A stretch of DNA of 61,359 nt, counting the filler, from Stramenopiles sp. TOSAG23-6 (lineage: Eukaryota), in assembly GCA_900128565.1 (NCBI GenBank). It is 15 parts of 15 records of this genome, joined end to end, with 100 filler letters (N's around TTAATTAATTAA, not from the genome) between each part and the next. Parts side by side here need not be neighbours in the genome. Positions count along the whole stretch, not along the records: positions 36,972 to 40,959 come from LT637302.1; positions 41,060 to 45,044 come from LT637303.1; positions 45,145 to 49,124 come from LT637304.1; positions 49,225 to 53,203 come from LT637305.1; 11 more parts are not named here. One strand, 5' to 3'. The position numbers and the translations under genes are program-made. The notes under the pieces were generated by a model. That model had not been told where the DNA came from. It ran no database searches and saw only the letters and a list, made by a program, of their open reading frames with translations. Below are positions 38,542-52,104 of the stretch, piece after piece; position 1 is the first letter of the stretch; every line of letters starts with the position of its first letter.

Positions 38542-38808
38542 TGCATATTATTGTGTGCTTTTGAAGTTTTAAAAAATATGTACGCCGGGAGTGATTTCGA
38601 TGTTACCACTATATTTACATAGTCATACCATTGCTTATGCAATGGAAATTAAAGTGATTCAACGCCAAAAATTGTTTATGCAATGAAAATTAAAGTGATT
38701 CATTCAACGCCAAAAATAAATAGATCTTTATCGAAATATTATAGTATTTTTTTCTTTATGGTAGTTATACTTTTTCAGTACTAATTAAAAAATGTGTTTA
38801 AATGTTCT

Positions 38809-39984
38809 TTAATGTTCAATTTGTGAAATACATTCGCCTAATGGACCAGCGTCTGTTATTGTGAAATTTATAGTAGATTTTCCGGCAATAGGGCATTTTG
38901 CTACAACAATCTGTTTCCATGTTAATGTAGATCCTACATTATACAAGTTATCCTCATTTTCATTATTTTTTGCGGCAAAAAGACCATTATGTGGTAAAAC
39001 CTGTCTACATTGACCATTAAAAGTATCACTTAATGGAATATTCTCTGTTAAAAATAACCTGGTATTTACACAATGTGACCAAGTGTTTCCAAGTGCGGGG
39101 ATGTGTGTCATACCAGCCATTTCAAATGAATTCTTATTATTTCCATCACTAAAAACTTGATTTGTTACAATCACAGGAATGTGGAACATTTCTGCTAGGT
39201 ACTTTAAGCGCGACGCTAATGCACCAAGCATAAGTTGACGTTTTACCAATTGGCCGTGTAAAAAGTCTTTACGAGCAAGAAAGGCTACAGAATCTAAAAT
39301 TATTAATTTAATACTTTTCTCAATGATAAGAGATTCAACTTCTTTTCCTAAGTTCGTCATTAAATCAGTTGTTGTTGCTGGTGAAGTTACAACCACACTG
39401 CCCGCGAGTAACCGGAGATTATCAGTATTAGAATTGTTGGTAATAGTTGTGTTGAAAATATGAGGTAGGCGATTTTTTGCAATTTCCACTAAACGTTTGG
39501 CAGAAAACTTTTGTTCAGAGTCTAAATATAAAACTCCATGCTTCACAGACGGTATAGTTGGCTCTGAACTAACTTCGTCTGTAAAGCTCGATGGCCTTTT
39601 TTCTATATGTAATGTTGCTAATACAGCAGCTGTGAGACAAAACTGTGTCTTTCCTACCCCTGAAGGTCCAGCTAATTCTGTAATTCCGTTGACTGGAATG
39701 CCTCCACAAAGTGCTGAATCCAAATATACAAGGCCAGTTTCAAGGTTTGAAATACTTTTTTCTGCCTGTATCCAAAGTTTTAAAGCTGTATTCGGTTTAG
39801 GTGCTAAAGCTCGCGCCACTTTTACTTTAACTTCGCGAACAACTGATAGAGGAATGTCGAGAAGATCAAGTAATTCGAATTCGTTCTTGCAAAGTACGTC
39901 AACGCAAAGAGATAATCCTGCGGCATTCAATTTGGCAAGTAATTTTGGAGCTAATTTGCAACGAGAGAGTGACTTTGAACTCAT
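38809..39984 (-). CDS. RAD51B: RAD51 paralog B
   Basis: Walker A GPSGVGKT, Walker B LIILDSVA, VTNQV, ALGNTWSHCVNTRL; RAD51B-like N-terminus. Confidence 0.88.
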   Translation of the reverse strand: MSSKSLSRCKLAPKLLAKLNAAGLSLCVDVLCKNEFELLDLLDIPLSVVREVKVKVARALAPKPNTALKLWIQAEKSISNLETGLVYLDSALCGGIPVNGITELAGPSGVGKTQFCLTAAVLATLHIEKRPSSFTDEVSSEPTIPSVKHGVLYLDSEQKFSAKRLVEIAKNRLPHIFNTTITNNSNTDNLRLLAGSVVVTSPATTTDLMTNLGKEVESLIIEKSIKLIILDSVAFLARKDFLHGQLVKRQLMLGALASRLKYLAEMFHIPVIVTNQVFSDGNNKNSFEMAGMTHIPALGNTWSHCVNTRLFLTENIPLSDTFNGQCRQVLPHNGLFAAKNNENEDNLYNVGSTLTWKQIVVAKCPIAGKSTINFTITDAGPLGECISQIEH

Positions 39985-40210
39985 TCCGTTGTCATATTAT
40001 ACACATACTACCATTATAAGCTACCAATTATCTCCTCTGTGCAGTAGACTATGTTGATGTTGACAGACATCATCAACACTGGTCAATCGAAATGGCAATT
40101 CGAACAACAACACGAAATACGAACTATTTAAAAAAATAAAATTTAATAAATGAATCGAAAATCGAGATCCTCAACACAATCCACAAAATCATAAAAGATT
40201 TACCTTTGGA

Positions 40211-40906
40211 ATGGCGGAAGATGCATCGTTGGTTGCGCTTCTGAAAGAACGCTCTAACTTAGAATTAAAGTTGCTAAATCTTGCTGACGAAGTTGAAAAG
40301 ACAGCGCAGCAAAAAGGCCTCGAGGAGGATGCTGCTGAACTTGATCGAGTTATTGAGCTTTCCAACTTTTCATGTGGTGTTGCAGGAGGAAGACTATCAA
40401 CAAAGTACGGGAATGCAACGCTACTATGTGTACGCCAAGACGGCGTTGCAGTGGTTGAATTAATTGATTGGAAAATGGCAGATGAAGAACCTGTGTATGT
40501 GTATCTACCACTCGTCAATTCTGATACTTCTACAACACACACTGACACCACAGACGATGTTGACTTGAACACAGAGACAAATAGCTTTGAAGAAAAAATT
40601 ATAGATAACAATGATAAGACTGAAATTAGTTGTATTGGTGATGAATTAGTATTAGTATGTAAAGAAATTGAAGTTATTCAATGTGCAACTCTGAAAAAAA
40701 TACTAAATAAAAATCGAGTAGATCCTTTCGAACTAAGACAAAAATGCTCAAATATTGGAGGCATTCCTTCAGAACTGAGATCAAAAGTATATGCTATATT
40801 ACTAGATAGTTATCAAATAAAAAATAATGACAATAATGAAAACATCGAGATCCCCAGCGATTTCGACGATGCGTCTATTGAGGATCTGCGCACAATTGAT
40901 GCAGAT
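40211..40906 (+). CDS. TBC (Rab-GAP) domain protein, 5' part
   Basis: GGIPSELRSKVYAILL ... LRTIDAD, then a GTATGT donor. Confidence 0.7.
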
Positions 40907-41059
40907 GTATGTTTTATTTTTTTTCAAATTCGAATTTTTTTTTCGTACGAAATTTTGTANNNNNNNNNNNNNNNNNNNNNNNNNNNNNNNNNNNNNNNNN
41001 NNNTTAATTAATTAANNNNNNNNNNNNNNNNNNNNNNNNNNNNNNNNNNNNNNNNNNNN

Positions 41060-44000
41060 ATGGAGGAAAGCTTTAATAATTCAACAGACATAGGATTTGA
41101 GGTTTTGTTATTTTCTTGTCTAACAGATACTATATCTTCTAATAAAGCTGATAAAGACGACTTATTGAATAATCTAGTATCTGAGTCATCTGGTGCAAAA
41201 ACCGGTTTTCCAATTGTAGAATTAGGTTTGTAAGCGTCATTTAGAATTGGAATAATAATACGTCGCAGCGAACAAACACGTAAAGCTTCTAGGCGACCCT
41301 TTGAACGACTATTCATAGACTCAAGATTAGTTGAGAACGTCGCATCAAATAATGTTGTAAAATATTCCACTGATTTTGTTCCCGACAAAAACAACCCAAT
41401 GCATCGGACACATAAACACAAGAAGAAGATCGTATAATACAGTGACGAAGTTGTTTTGGCTCACTGTCACTTTACTAGAATGCTCATTTGAAACACATTC
41501 TTTGATATATATAATAAAACAACGCAGAAGTAATTTAGTTTCTTCTTCGTGATTGTGAGTTATCAAAGGTTCTGATTTTTCCGATAGCATCACCTGCTGT
41601 CTTCGAGGCGAGTGCCAAAGAGCCATGAGCTGTTTAAGAATATGTATATTTTCATCGCTACTTAACCAACCAGGGGAATGCTGAGAAAGATTGTGAACTA
41701 TCCAAATCCCTTGAATGTGTAACTGTAAAACAGTGGCAGTTGAGAATCCAGCCGTAGAGGTAGATAATTCTCCCCCCTCCTCAGATTTGTTTGTTTTTGT
41801 TTCTATATTTTCAGTGCTAAGTTTATTTTCATTGGAGTTATATGCTATACCTAAAGTTTTTGTGATAAAATGATGTACCCCAATAGTCGAACACAAATAT
41901 TCGCGAATAGATTTCGCTTCCTTTGAGGAAAGAATTTCTTTCCATAAAGCAACATGACGTGGTAATGATAATCGATTTGAATTTAGGAAATATGTCATAG
42001 TGACTTTAGGGTACAGCGATAAATATTTTGCTAGAGGTTTTCTATAAGGTGAAGAAATCCAACCATATCCTTGATACTTCGTATGTGCAGTCTGATGCTC
42101 ATGTAGAACATTTTCAAGTTGTATGTATTTTGGAAAAATATTTCAAAAAAACATTGTTAGGTACAAAATTTTGTACGAAAAATAAATTCAAAATTGAAAA
42201 AAAATAAAACATGCATTACCGTTGTCGTGAGAGATTCAAGAAATTTAGGACATGATGGTAATAGATGAAATAGATTTAAAATCTCAGCTGCGACATCAGC
42301 TTCCTTTCCAGGCCATCTATGTAAATTTTGTATTTTCGAAGGGTCTGTCCATTGGACTAAATGATCGATTAATTGTTGTCCTAGTTTTAGAGTTTGGTCA
42401 TTGAGATGACTTTGATATCCCTCCTTTATCTTTTTTTGTGAATCCGAGGAAATATCCATATCATCAGTAGTAGTAGTAAAGGTATTTTTCAAAACAACAC
42501 CACTTATGTGATCAAAATAACCTTTCAATAAAGATAATAACCTTGCTAGGCCACGAAGCAAAGCAAGCGATAAATGCTTCACATCTTGAAGATTCACTAA
42601 CATATGTTTCAAACAACTTTCAAGTAATTCCTGTGCTAATGTATGATCACTGTTGGCTTCATTGGAAGCAGAACTGAGAGCCGATTCCAATGCACTATGC
42701 GCAGCAGTTACAACTACTTGACTACGCCCAGTTAAGGATTTGAGGAATAATCTAATACAATGATTACGAAGCTCTTGATGTGGAGAATCTTTTAGAGATG
42801 CTGGTGCTTGTTCAATAACAGAAGCTAGCAAACGAATTACTCCGACACGTAATTGAATTTCAAGCGTACCGGAAAACGGAAAGGCACCAGGTGCTTGAGA
42901 AGTACTCTTTGATGAAACTCCTCCATACACAGCACGGCGGCGTTTCTCTGATCTATCTAAATTATCTGGGTCTCGCATTTCCGTCAATGATAAAGCCTCT
43001 TTAAGGAAAGCTTTAATCTGTTTTGCAGAATTACCATGAACTCTAAACAAAGGAGGGCGAACAGATATAGCAAATGTAAGAGCATGTATTATACCACACT
43101 GAATATCCGCAGGATGGACTAGTAGTTGTCTTGCAAAAATAGCAATATGGAGACGCTTCCTATGAGCATGCATTAAGGTTAACGGAGTGGCCCCGAGACG
43201 ATTTGCCATTCGAATAACAAGTTTTTGTGCGATATCTCTTGCCCATGGTTTTCGACTACAAATCTCAGACATAAAGAGTGCACAAACATTTGATATCATA
43301 GGTTTTGATTTCCAAGTGTACGATGAAAAAATTCTCTTCTGAATTTCCTGCATTTTCTCCGCTGTATCTTTTTCTTCTTCTTTAAGAATATCAGGGATAT
43401 CTGCATCTGCTGCAGAAGCAAGTTTTTCCGAGAATGAATTCGCAACCACCTCGGGTACTTTTTCACCAACTTCATTCGGGTGGCACCTATCGAGCACGGC
43501 AAACAGAGCATCTTGAGCTTCTTGCATTACCTGTGGAAGTACTTCTGGTAGCATCGATTGAACTATATAAAATAAACCTTGAAATAATTGAAGTTGATGT
43601 CGATATGCCACATAAAGATCTTGCCATTCGTTTGCATAAGTATATTACTAATCTAGCCCCTCCACGCTGAACAATCCAACTTTTATGATAAAACGCTTCA
43701 CAGAGTCGCGCAGTTAACGCGGCAAAGAACGCCGCACCACTTTGTACTGCAGCAAGAGGCGAACCACATACAGTTTCTAGCATATTAACAATATTTCCTA
43801 ATAAATCTTCTGCAGTTTTTGCGACAACAACATAATTGTGACAATATGCTTCGACTAGTGGTTTGCATATAAGTAAAGGATCAAGACAATCTTTCAACGC
43901 AGAAGGCGTTAATGCAACTGATAATCGAAGTTGTTGAACATCACTAGCCCAACACTGGCGTAATCTATCTGTTAAGNTCACTATTACTTGTAGACGGTTT

Positions 44001-44992
44001 CTGTGGTTTTACGCAAGAACTTCTTGTGAGCGCTACCAAAGCACAATGATTCAACGCACCGCTCAAACATTTACGCGAAAATTTACCAACATCAACATCT
44101 GCAGCACCCTCAAAGAGAGAAAATAATACATTTTGCAACATACATTCCATTGAAAAAACCTGTTGCATCTTTATTGTAGACGAACAAGGTCTTTTTGTAC
44201 CTGATAAAGATTCGGCTCCATGCTTTCCACGTCTTGTGAAAATTGACTGAGAACTAGCATCTGAAATATTTAGTACATCACTTGCTTGTGTAACACCTCG
44301 CGGTAAATGATATACACGTGGGATATTTTTGACATTATCTTCACATACTTCAGACTCTGATTTTTCTGTATTATTTGGAACAGGAAATACAAGTTCTTGG
44401 AAATCATCTTTTCTATTATTTATATCATCAGAAGTTGCAGATACAACACTACAAAATATTGCGTCAAGAAATTCAATAGCACTTCGTTTTTGTTGTTTAA
44501 TACTTTTCTGATTTAGTATACTCTCAACATTCTCAGGTGAAAAATCTGCATCAACAGAGCATTTTGGTGAGTATGGTTTGCCTACTGTGTTAAATTCTTC
44601 CGATTCAGGAGATGAAGGTACCTTCAAATACTTCGTCAAGAACTTACCAGCTAATTCTACCAAATCACTGCATGGCATGTCAAAATTATTTAAAGGATTC
44701 GAAGTCTTCTTCTGACTATATAATGAAGTAAAAGTGCTCATTTTCTTGAACGCCATTCGAATTGAAGGGTCTTTTACATGCCCAGAGTCATTGGCACCAC
44801 GTTTTACATTTCTCGATTTATGAAGAAAACGGCGATTACGTCCTCCTAATTTTCCAAGCAAACGAATGGCAAGATCTTTATGTGGCATATCTTTTGCTTT
44901 AAGTAAATCACATAGAGCTTCCATTAGTTCCGATAAGAGTGGTTGTGCACTCATAACAGGATAAAGGTAATCAGGATTCAGCGAGTTGATCC
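41060..44992 (-). CDS. TRRAP: TRRAP/Tra1 PIKK-family scaffold, internal HEAT fragment; GC-AT intron 42123-42214; frameshifts ~43600 and ~43977
   Basis: WINSLNPDYL, RLLGKLGGRNRRFL, LRGLARLLSLL..YF, SSPYRKPLAKYL. Confidence 0.85.
42123..42214 (-). other. Family intron, GC-AT (92 nt)
   Basis: GTAAT|GCATGT...AATACAT|ACAA gives TTV-I-QLEN. Confidence 0.8.
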
Positions 44993-45237
44993 ATGTATTT
45001 TGGAAAAATATTTCAAAAAAAATCGTTAGGTACAAAATTTCGTANNNNNNNNNNNNNNNNNNNNNNNNNNNNNNNNNNNNNNNNNNNNTTAATTAATTAA
45101 NNNNNNNNNNNNNNNNNNNNNNNNNNNNNNNNNNNNNNNNNNNNTATTTTTTTTCAATTTCGAATTTATTTTTCGTACGAAATTTTGTACCTAACAAAAG
45201 TTTAGTTTTTTTTTTCAAATATTTTTCCAAAATACAT

Positions 45238-46046
45238 GCTAAGTGGATAGAAGAGAAAGGTGGCTTAGATTATTTAGTTGCAGAATCGAAAGATGTAATG
45301 CGTAGGTTTTCAAACCCTAACCCTAATTTCATTTTCGATTTTTTTTTCCATACAAAATTTTTGTGCCTAACAAAAAGCAATTGAAAAAATATTTTTTCAC
45401 TATATAGTTGATCCTGTCAAACGCCAAGAATTTTTGAATAGAGTTAAAGATACTGCGCTTAACTTTTTGTTATCCTATCTTCCTGCAGTAGAAGTTCCGC
45501 GAGTGGAAGGGGTGAGTAATGGAGTTGAATATGTACGTCTAAAAATTGAATATTTTTTATTATGAAAATTTTGTTTCGAATTTTGTACGTAACAATTTTT
45601 TTTTACTAAAAAAAAAAAAAAGGATATTTTTCACAATATAGTAGAAAGTACCTGCTGATAGTGTCGATTTAGTTATTGTAGATGGATGTGAACTTCACCT
45701 ACAGGCAGATGATATAAGTTTTATTATTTTCAATTTCAAAGTTTTTTTTCGTACGAAATATTGTGCCTAACAAAAATATTGAATGAAAAATATTTTTCAA
45801 AATACATATAAGTTTCGAAATGCATGACTTGCAATGGACGTACAGACAACCAACTTTTCCATATTTATCGGGTCAAGGCACGATCGATTGTTTGAGTGAG
45901 AGGACACAGTTTAAAGTAGTTTTAAGTTTAGATATTTTGGAAGATTTTAACAAAAAACAGGAAGAATTGGATGAACAATGGTATGAAGCACTCGCAGAAC
46001 GTTCGAAACTTGAAAAACAACGAGTAGAAAAATGTATAGCAAAGGG
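45238..46046 (+). CDS. Internal exons of an unknown gene (introns 45302-45407 GT-AG, from 45533, 45714-45807 AT-AT)
   Basis: Open exons between family introns; LQWTYRQPTFPYLSGQG. Confidence 0.55.
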
Positions 46047-46148
46047 GTACGTTTTTTTTTTTTTTTTTTTTGAATTTATTTTTTTTTACATACCTAAATG
46101 TATACCTAACAAAAAAAAATTATTAAAAAAATATTTTTTACCATACAT

Positions 46149-46536
46149 TGGCTCATCGAATTCCAGCTTTTGAAGAGTCGAAAGTCGTGAGTTCTTGGGC
46201 AGGTTCGTATGAGTATAATACATTTGATCAGAACGCAATTATGTGCGTTTTCAATCATTGATTTTTACCTATATTTTTTCATAGTAAATTTTGTACCTAA
46301 CGATTTTTTAACGAAAAAAAAAATATGTTTCACAATACATTGGTAAACATCCTAAGATATTGAATTTTTATATGATGAATGGATTTAGTGGTCATGGAAT
46401 TCAGCAAGCACCTGCTGCAGGATTAGCCATAGCAGAGCAAATTGTTTATGGAAAATATAAAAATATAGATCTCACACCTTTTGGCTATGAGCGATATCTT
46501 CAAGGCTTACCTTTGAAAGAAAAGAATGTTGTATGA
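46149..46536 (+). CDS. FOXRED1: FOXRED1-like FAD-dependent oxidoreductase, C-terminal two exons; GT-AT intron 46243-46340
   Basis: [35 protein letters not shown]...[14 protein letters not shown]...EKNVV*; absent from the ORF track. Confidence 0.85.
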
Positions 46537-46581
46537 TAATTTTATAGTAAATTTCTTTGTTAAAAAAATATATTGTATGTA

Positions 46582-49124
46582 TTATTTTTGAACTCTTTTT
46601 AGGGTAACTTCTCTCATTAGCTCTTTAATACTTTGATGTGTTTTTGCTTTCTTTGATAACTTCTTTGCAATTCGAACTCCAAGAGCAACTTTACGAGGAC
46701 TCATAGACCTCTTTTTCGCATATTCTGCAAATTTCTTTTTCGCCGTAACTTCTTGGCGTGCTTTTAATTCATCTAGGAGTATCAACCACGGAGCTCGTTC
46801 AAAGCCACATAGGCATGCAAGAACTCCACCTTTCGAGTAAACATTCCGACCCATAATACTATCTCTTGCGTGACCATGCCTGTGTGTCTTTTTGTCAGAA
46901 ATACCATTATTCGTTTTTTTTGCTCTACGATGGCACATTCCATATAATAACTTTTTTAGCATATCTTCATACATATTTTTCTTTTTATAACCACCAGTCC
47001 AGAAAGTGTTCATTACCAAAGCAACTGATATGCGAATAATCATCATCTTCACAATGATCCAATATAATAGAAAAAATGTATAAGAAACTAAATCAGACGA
47101 GACTTTGGAGTATGCATCAGCAAAGAGAAATGTCTTTGTCATCGCAACAAACATTGTGATATAGCTATTATAAAAGTCATTAAAATTATAAACTAATCGA
47201 TTCTTTCTCCCCATTTCTACGCAAGCCGCAGCTGTACACCAAACATTTGTTTCACTACCATCAATGGTAAGATAAGCAAATCCACCAAATAAGCGCATAC
47301 CTACAGTCGAAAATAAATGAATAGTAGGAAACGCAATACCAACCATAAGTATTATATGTGTTTCCATATTCGCAAGGATGCTTAGCATTACGTAAAATGG
47401 TTTCCATGAAGATAATATTCGGAGACATCGCATACCTCGGCACAATGCTAATGTAATCATAATGATGCTTGTAATTTCTTTAGCTCTTGAATCATTATAT
47501 AACGAAAAAAACAAAAGGCTACCCATTTCGCCAGTAAAACAGGAAAAATTAAGTATCAACTCATATTGATGTCGTCTAGTACTTAAGTATGCATTCCAAC
47601 CAAACACAAATATTTTCATTAAAGAATCGATCATAAAAAATGTTGAGAAAGGCGTATATATATTGTGTAAAATATTTTAAATTCGAAATTTTGTTAAGTA
47701 CAAAATTTTGCATGACAAATAAATAAATTTAAAATTCATGATGAAAACGTATCATATCGAAGAGTATCCATAGCATTAGCAGTGTTTGATCTTGGTATCA
47801 TCATGTGATCATTATTTGAATTTTCTGCATGTTTGGCATCCTTATTTGAATAATGCGTCATTATTTCAACAAAATTAAATAATACTAATAAAGTAATGAA
47901 AATCTCGTAAAAAAAATGAGCGACATGAGGTTCTCTTCTCATCGCAGAAATTTCTTTAGGTCCGAAAAACATCTTTTCAAGAAACATAAACCACCTTTTA
48001 CTTCTACAACGTCGTCTACAACTTGATAGTGAACAGTAGTACTTAACCACAGACCACCAATTATATATATTACACCTATTTTCAGGCAAAGGTGGAGAAA
48101 TCCAACGAGACATTAAATAATTTCGCATTTCGTGTTTTTTTAAATCACTGGATGAATCCTCCATCATTCCAAATAGTTCACAAAAGCCTAAAAATTCTGA
48201 TGGATTAACTACAGAATCTCTATCTAGATCTAATCTTTGAAGAAAATTTTTTGCAATTTCATGAAGTTTTACTTCAACACGAAATTTTGAAAATAATTCT
48301 TCCTCATATTCATCAAATTGGGCATCAATTGTACGGAATCCTTTTGTATGCTTTTTATTATCATCAGTGTTAGGTTTATCATCAGTGTTTATTGAATGAG
48401 GCAGCTCTGGAAATGCTGTTATATTTTCATCTTTCTTGTTATCAATATTGCTTGTGAAAATACTGCTACTTTCCGTTTCATTACTGGAAATTCCTAATTC
48501 AATACCTACAGCACTATCTACATTTACTTTTGTTTCACCACTGGAAGTTCCTAATTCAATACCTACAGCACTATCTACATTTACTTTTGCTTCATTTATT
48601 TTTGTTTCATTTATTTTTTTCACAGATTTTTGATATTTTTTATACTTTTTTATTATGCGTTTCCCTTTTTCTTCATTTTTTGACAATTTTAAACCATAAT
48701 TAGATATTGATAACACCTCATGCACAAGGTCACGAACAACAATAAATGAAAGCTCTCCTGTGTTATTTACGTCAAGCATCTTGAAGACAGTCAATAAAGC
48801 ATGCATTGCGAAAATATATTTTTTTTAGCAAAAAAAATTGTTAGGCACGAAATTTTCATAGTAAAAAAAAATCGAAATTCATGATGAAAACGTACATGAT
48901 GTTTCATCTGTTCTCCATTAGACATAATACAATTTCGATAATCCTCAACAAAAGACTTTACAGTAATTGCCAGTAGCATTGGCACTAAGTAAAAGCATGT
49001 TAAACACATAAACACAATCCAAAGCAAATATTGTGATAAAATATTTAAAAACAAAGTTGTTAGGTACAAAATTTCGTACAAAAAAAAAAAACAGTCAAAA
49101 TTCGATTTTGAAAACGTACAAAGG
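46582..49124 (-). CDS. Two-pore/voltage-gated-like cation channel with EF-hands, 3' part; introns 47658-47752, 48801-48895, 49026-49119
   Basis: FKMLDVNNTGEL EF-hand, S4-like RGMRCLRIL, GMRLFGG, YNFNDFYNSYITMF pore region. Confidence 0.65.
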
Positions 49125-49224
49125 NNNNNNNNNNNNNNNNNNNNNNNNNNNNNNNNNNNNNNNNNNNNTTAATTAATTAANNNNNNNNNNNNNNNNNNNN
49201 NNNNNNNNNNNNNNNNNNNNNNNN

Positions 49225-51834
49225 AACTTTTTTTTTTTTTTTTTTTTGATGACTTTTGTATTTTTGTTCCAGATAGCCAAATGAGATCATTATCTTGATT
49301 CGATATCTGTTGTATAGGTAGCAAAGATTTATATAAAACAGGTCTTTCTTCACCAAGACTAGGCTTACTCATAGACATCAGTAATCGATTATAACGATTA
49401 CTCGCATTACGTTCCTTCATTATCCATTTGAAAAAGTTTGTCTTCTTATCGATACGATTATCTATATACGCGTTTTGAAAAAGAAGCAAATCATCAAACA
49501 TAGCAGACATTATCCATTCACCCACATTATCTAATTGTGTTGATACTCTTCCATTCAGTAGGACAGAATTCAATGAAAGACCTTTCAAAGCAACAAAAGC
49601 AGAAGTTATTCTAGCCATACTTTCATATTCTGTACCCATTGTGGATATAGTCTCAAGCTCATTAACATAAGTCAACTCGCTAGGATCATCGTCAAAAACT
49701 TCATTATCATTACCATTTTGTTTATTTCGATCAGGTAGCACAGTTTTCATTTGTTTCTTTCCCGTTGATGAAAACCTTTGTGCAGCTTCCATTGTGACTT
49801 CATCGGTTTGCCAAGAACCTACAATATTATCACTTAATAAATGTAAAAGACGAGCTCGCATAAAAGGAGCTGGTTGATCTGAATTTGCATAAACTCTTAA
49901 GAATTTGGTACATTTCTTATTACCAAATACTTCACGTGCATATTGTACAAGTTTAAGAAAATCCATGGCATTCGACTCCCCTTTAAATCCTACTTCTCGC
50001 CCAATTTCATCAATGGATTCCTCAGGTTCTTCATCACCTATTTGCCAATCAATGTCTTTTACTTTTTGCACAAGACTCTCTGAAGTAAATACAAAGCCAA
50101 TTCGTATTGGAATTTTGTTATTTTCTACTAAAGCAAACATTTCTTTCATAGTTTTTTTACCTCGTGTTGTTGTGGGATCTATAATTAGTATCATTGTATA
50201 CAAATTAAGTGCAAATGTAGGTACGTTGTATGAGTTTTTATGAATTAGTGATTCTAGAGATTTAGGCCATTCCATGTATCGATCATCTTTTGATAGATCA
50301 TTAATAAAATGAACTGCACCTTTTGATTTTCGTCGGACATTTATAAAAGAGTCATTTTTATATTTTGATTCTTTTGGAGTTTGTGAAAAACCAACAATTT
50401 GCATCGTTCCTTGATTAATACTAGCTATACGCTTTACATCAGAAAAATATTTGAAGAATTTCCTATTGTATGAGACGTTTGATGGTTTAGGGGTTTCAAC
50501 ACTTTTCGATTTTTGTAAGTCTAAAAAATGCCGTATTAAAGAAGCTTCTTCTCTAAGAATATCTGTAAATCCGTGAAAATCAAATGAATCATTATTTGTA
50601 TCGATATGACGCCCATTCACAAATAACATACTATCACCCTCCGGAAGAAGATTCTGGAGTTTTAATTGTACATTAGAAATTCTTCGCCTCATTTTTGAAG
50701 GTATTCTGACACGTGTCAATGCTTTGGTGTAGCAAGGGAAATTTTGGGAAATTGTTTGAAGTTCACTTAACCGATCAATACTACCAGAAATATTCACGAT
50801 ATGCAGAACTGTTTGAACTCCTAAATGTTTTAATCTCCATCGCTGTAAAGACTCTGGAGATATTTCTCGATCACATTCCAATGAACCTACAGGAGAATCA
50901 ATGTCTCCAAACGTTTCTTCATTTTCTTCATTTTCAATATTGACATCATCAAATATCTGACGATCATCTGTTGATTTGTATTCCACATTTTTTATGTCTA
51001 ATACTGCTGCCCAACCATGTATTGGTGAACTAGTTCCTCCTGTTTCTCTATTGTTGAGAGCAGGTATGTGCCGCAATATGAAGTCACACTCTTCTTGTTT
51101 AGTAAGCTTAATTAGTTCAGAAAGAAGCACACCCATTGAGTCAGTACCAAAACGACCATATAGAGCAACAAGAGGCATATTCTTTAAAGGTGGCCCTAAA
51201 CGTCTAGAAACACGATATGAACTCTCAAAGTCAAATAGTTCACCAAAGTTTACGCTCTCAAAACGAATGGCTTTTGCTAAGTCTTTAACTTTACAGATAA
51301 TACGATTATCTGACAACTGAACCCATGCATCAGCGTTGGAGGCACAAGAACTCGAGTGACTCCGAGACATGTCAAAATACATTTGAATAGCTGGATGAAA
51401 TGTATGTAAATGAAGGGATAGTCGTAATACCTTGATTTGTAAAGATGACAACCATTGACTAGCTACTTGAATGGCATATGATATCATCTCGGATTCATTA
51501 TTTAAGCGCGCAATATAAACTTGCTCCTTTTTTGTAATCGAAAATTCTGCGAAATCCCAGAATAAAGATGATTTATATTCCATCAAAAATTCTGCAGTTT
51601 CTTGTAAAACCGACAGGCGGTCTCTTCCCCAGGGTACTCTCATGTTTACACGGACATTACTACTGTTACTTTTTGCTTCTACAGATTGATAGGGAATGTT
51701 AACACCAAGTAGAAATAAAAANNNNNNNNNNNNNNNNNNNNNNNNNNNNNNNNNNNNNNNNNNNNNNNNNNNNNNNNNNNNNNNNNNNNNNNNNNNCAAA
51801 AAAATAAATTTGAAATTTCAAATGATTCATTCAT
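49225..51834 (-). CDS. UGGT: UDP-glucose:glycoprotein glucosyltransferase, N-terminal TRXL region (3' truncated)
   Basis: LQETAEFL, LDIKNVEYKSTDD, LQTISQNFP, LFVNG, NDLSKDDRYMEWP. Confidence 0.85.
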
Positions 51835-52104
51835 TGCGGATTTAGATTGTGTCACACTCACAAACAAACAAAGTTTGAGCAACACACTTTGTCTGACTTG
51901 TAACAACACTACTACTACTAGATTCCACTGTCCTCTTGACTCTGCTGAAGTATCAAATTTATAGTCGTGAAAGTTGCACCTTGAATGTATTTTGTATATA
52001 TTTTCTGATTTGCACAATGTTGTCTGGGAACTCAGATGTTGGAACATATACGAGAGAATATTCTACTGGGATATTTTCTTCTCCACAGCACCAATACAAT
52101 AACA

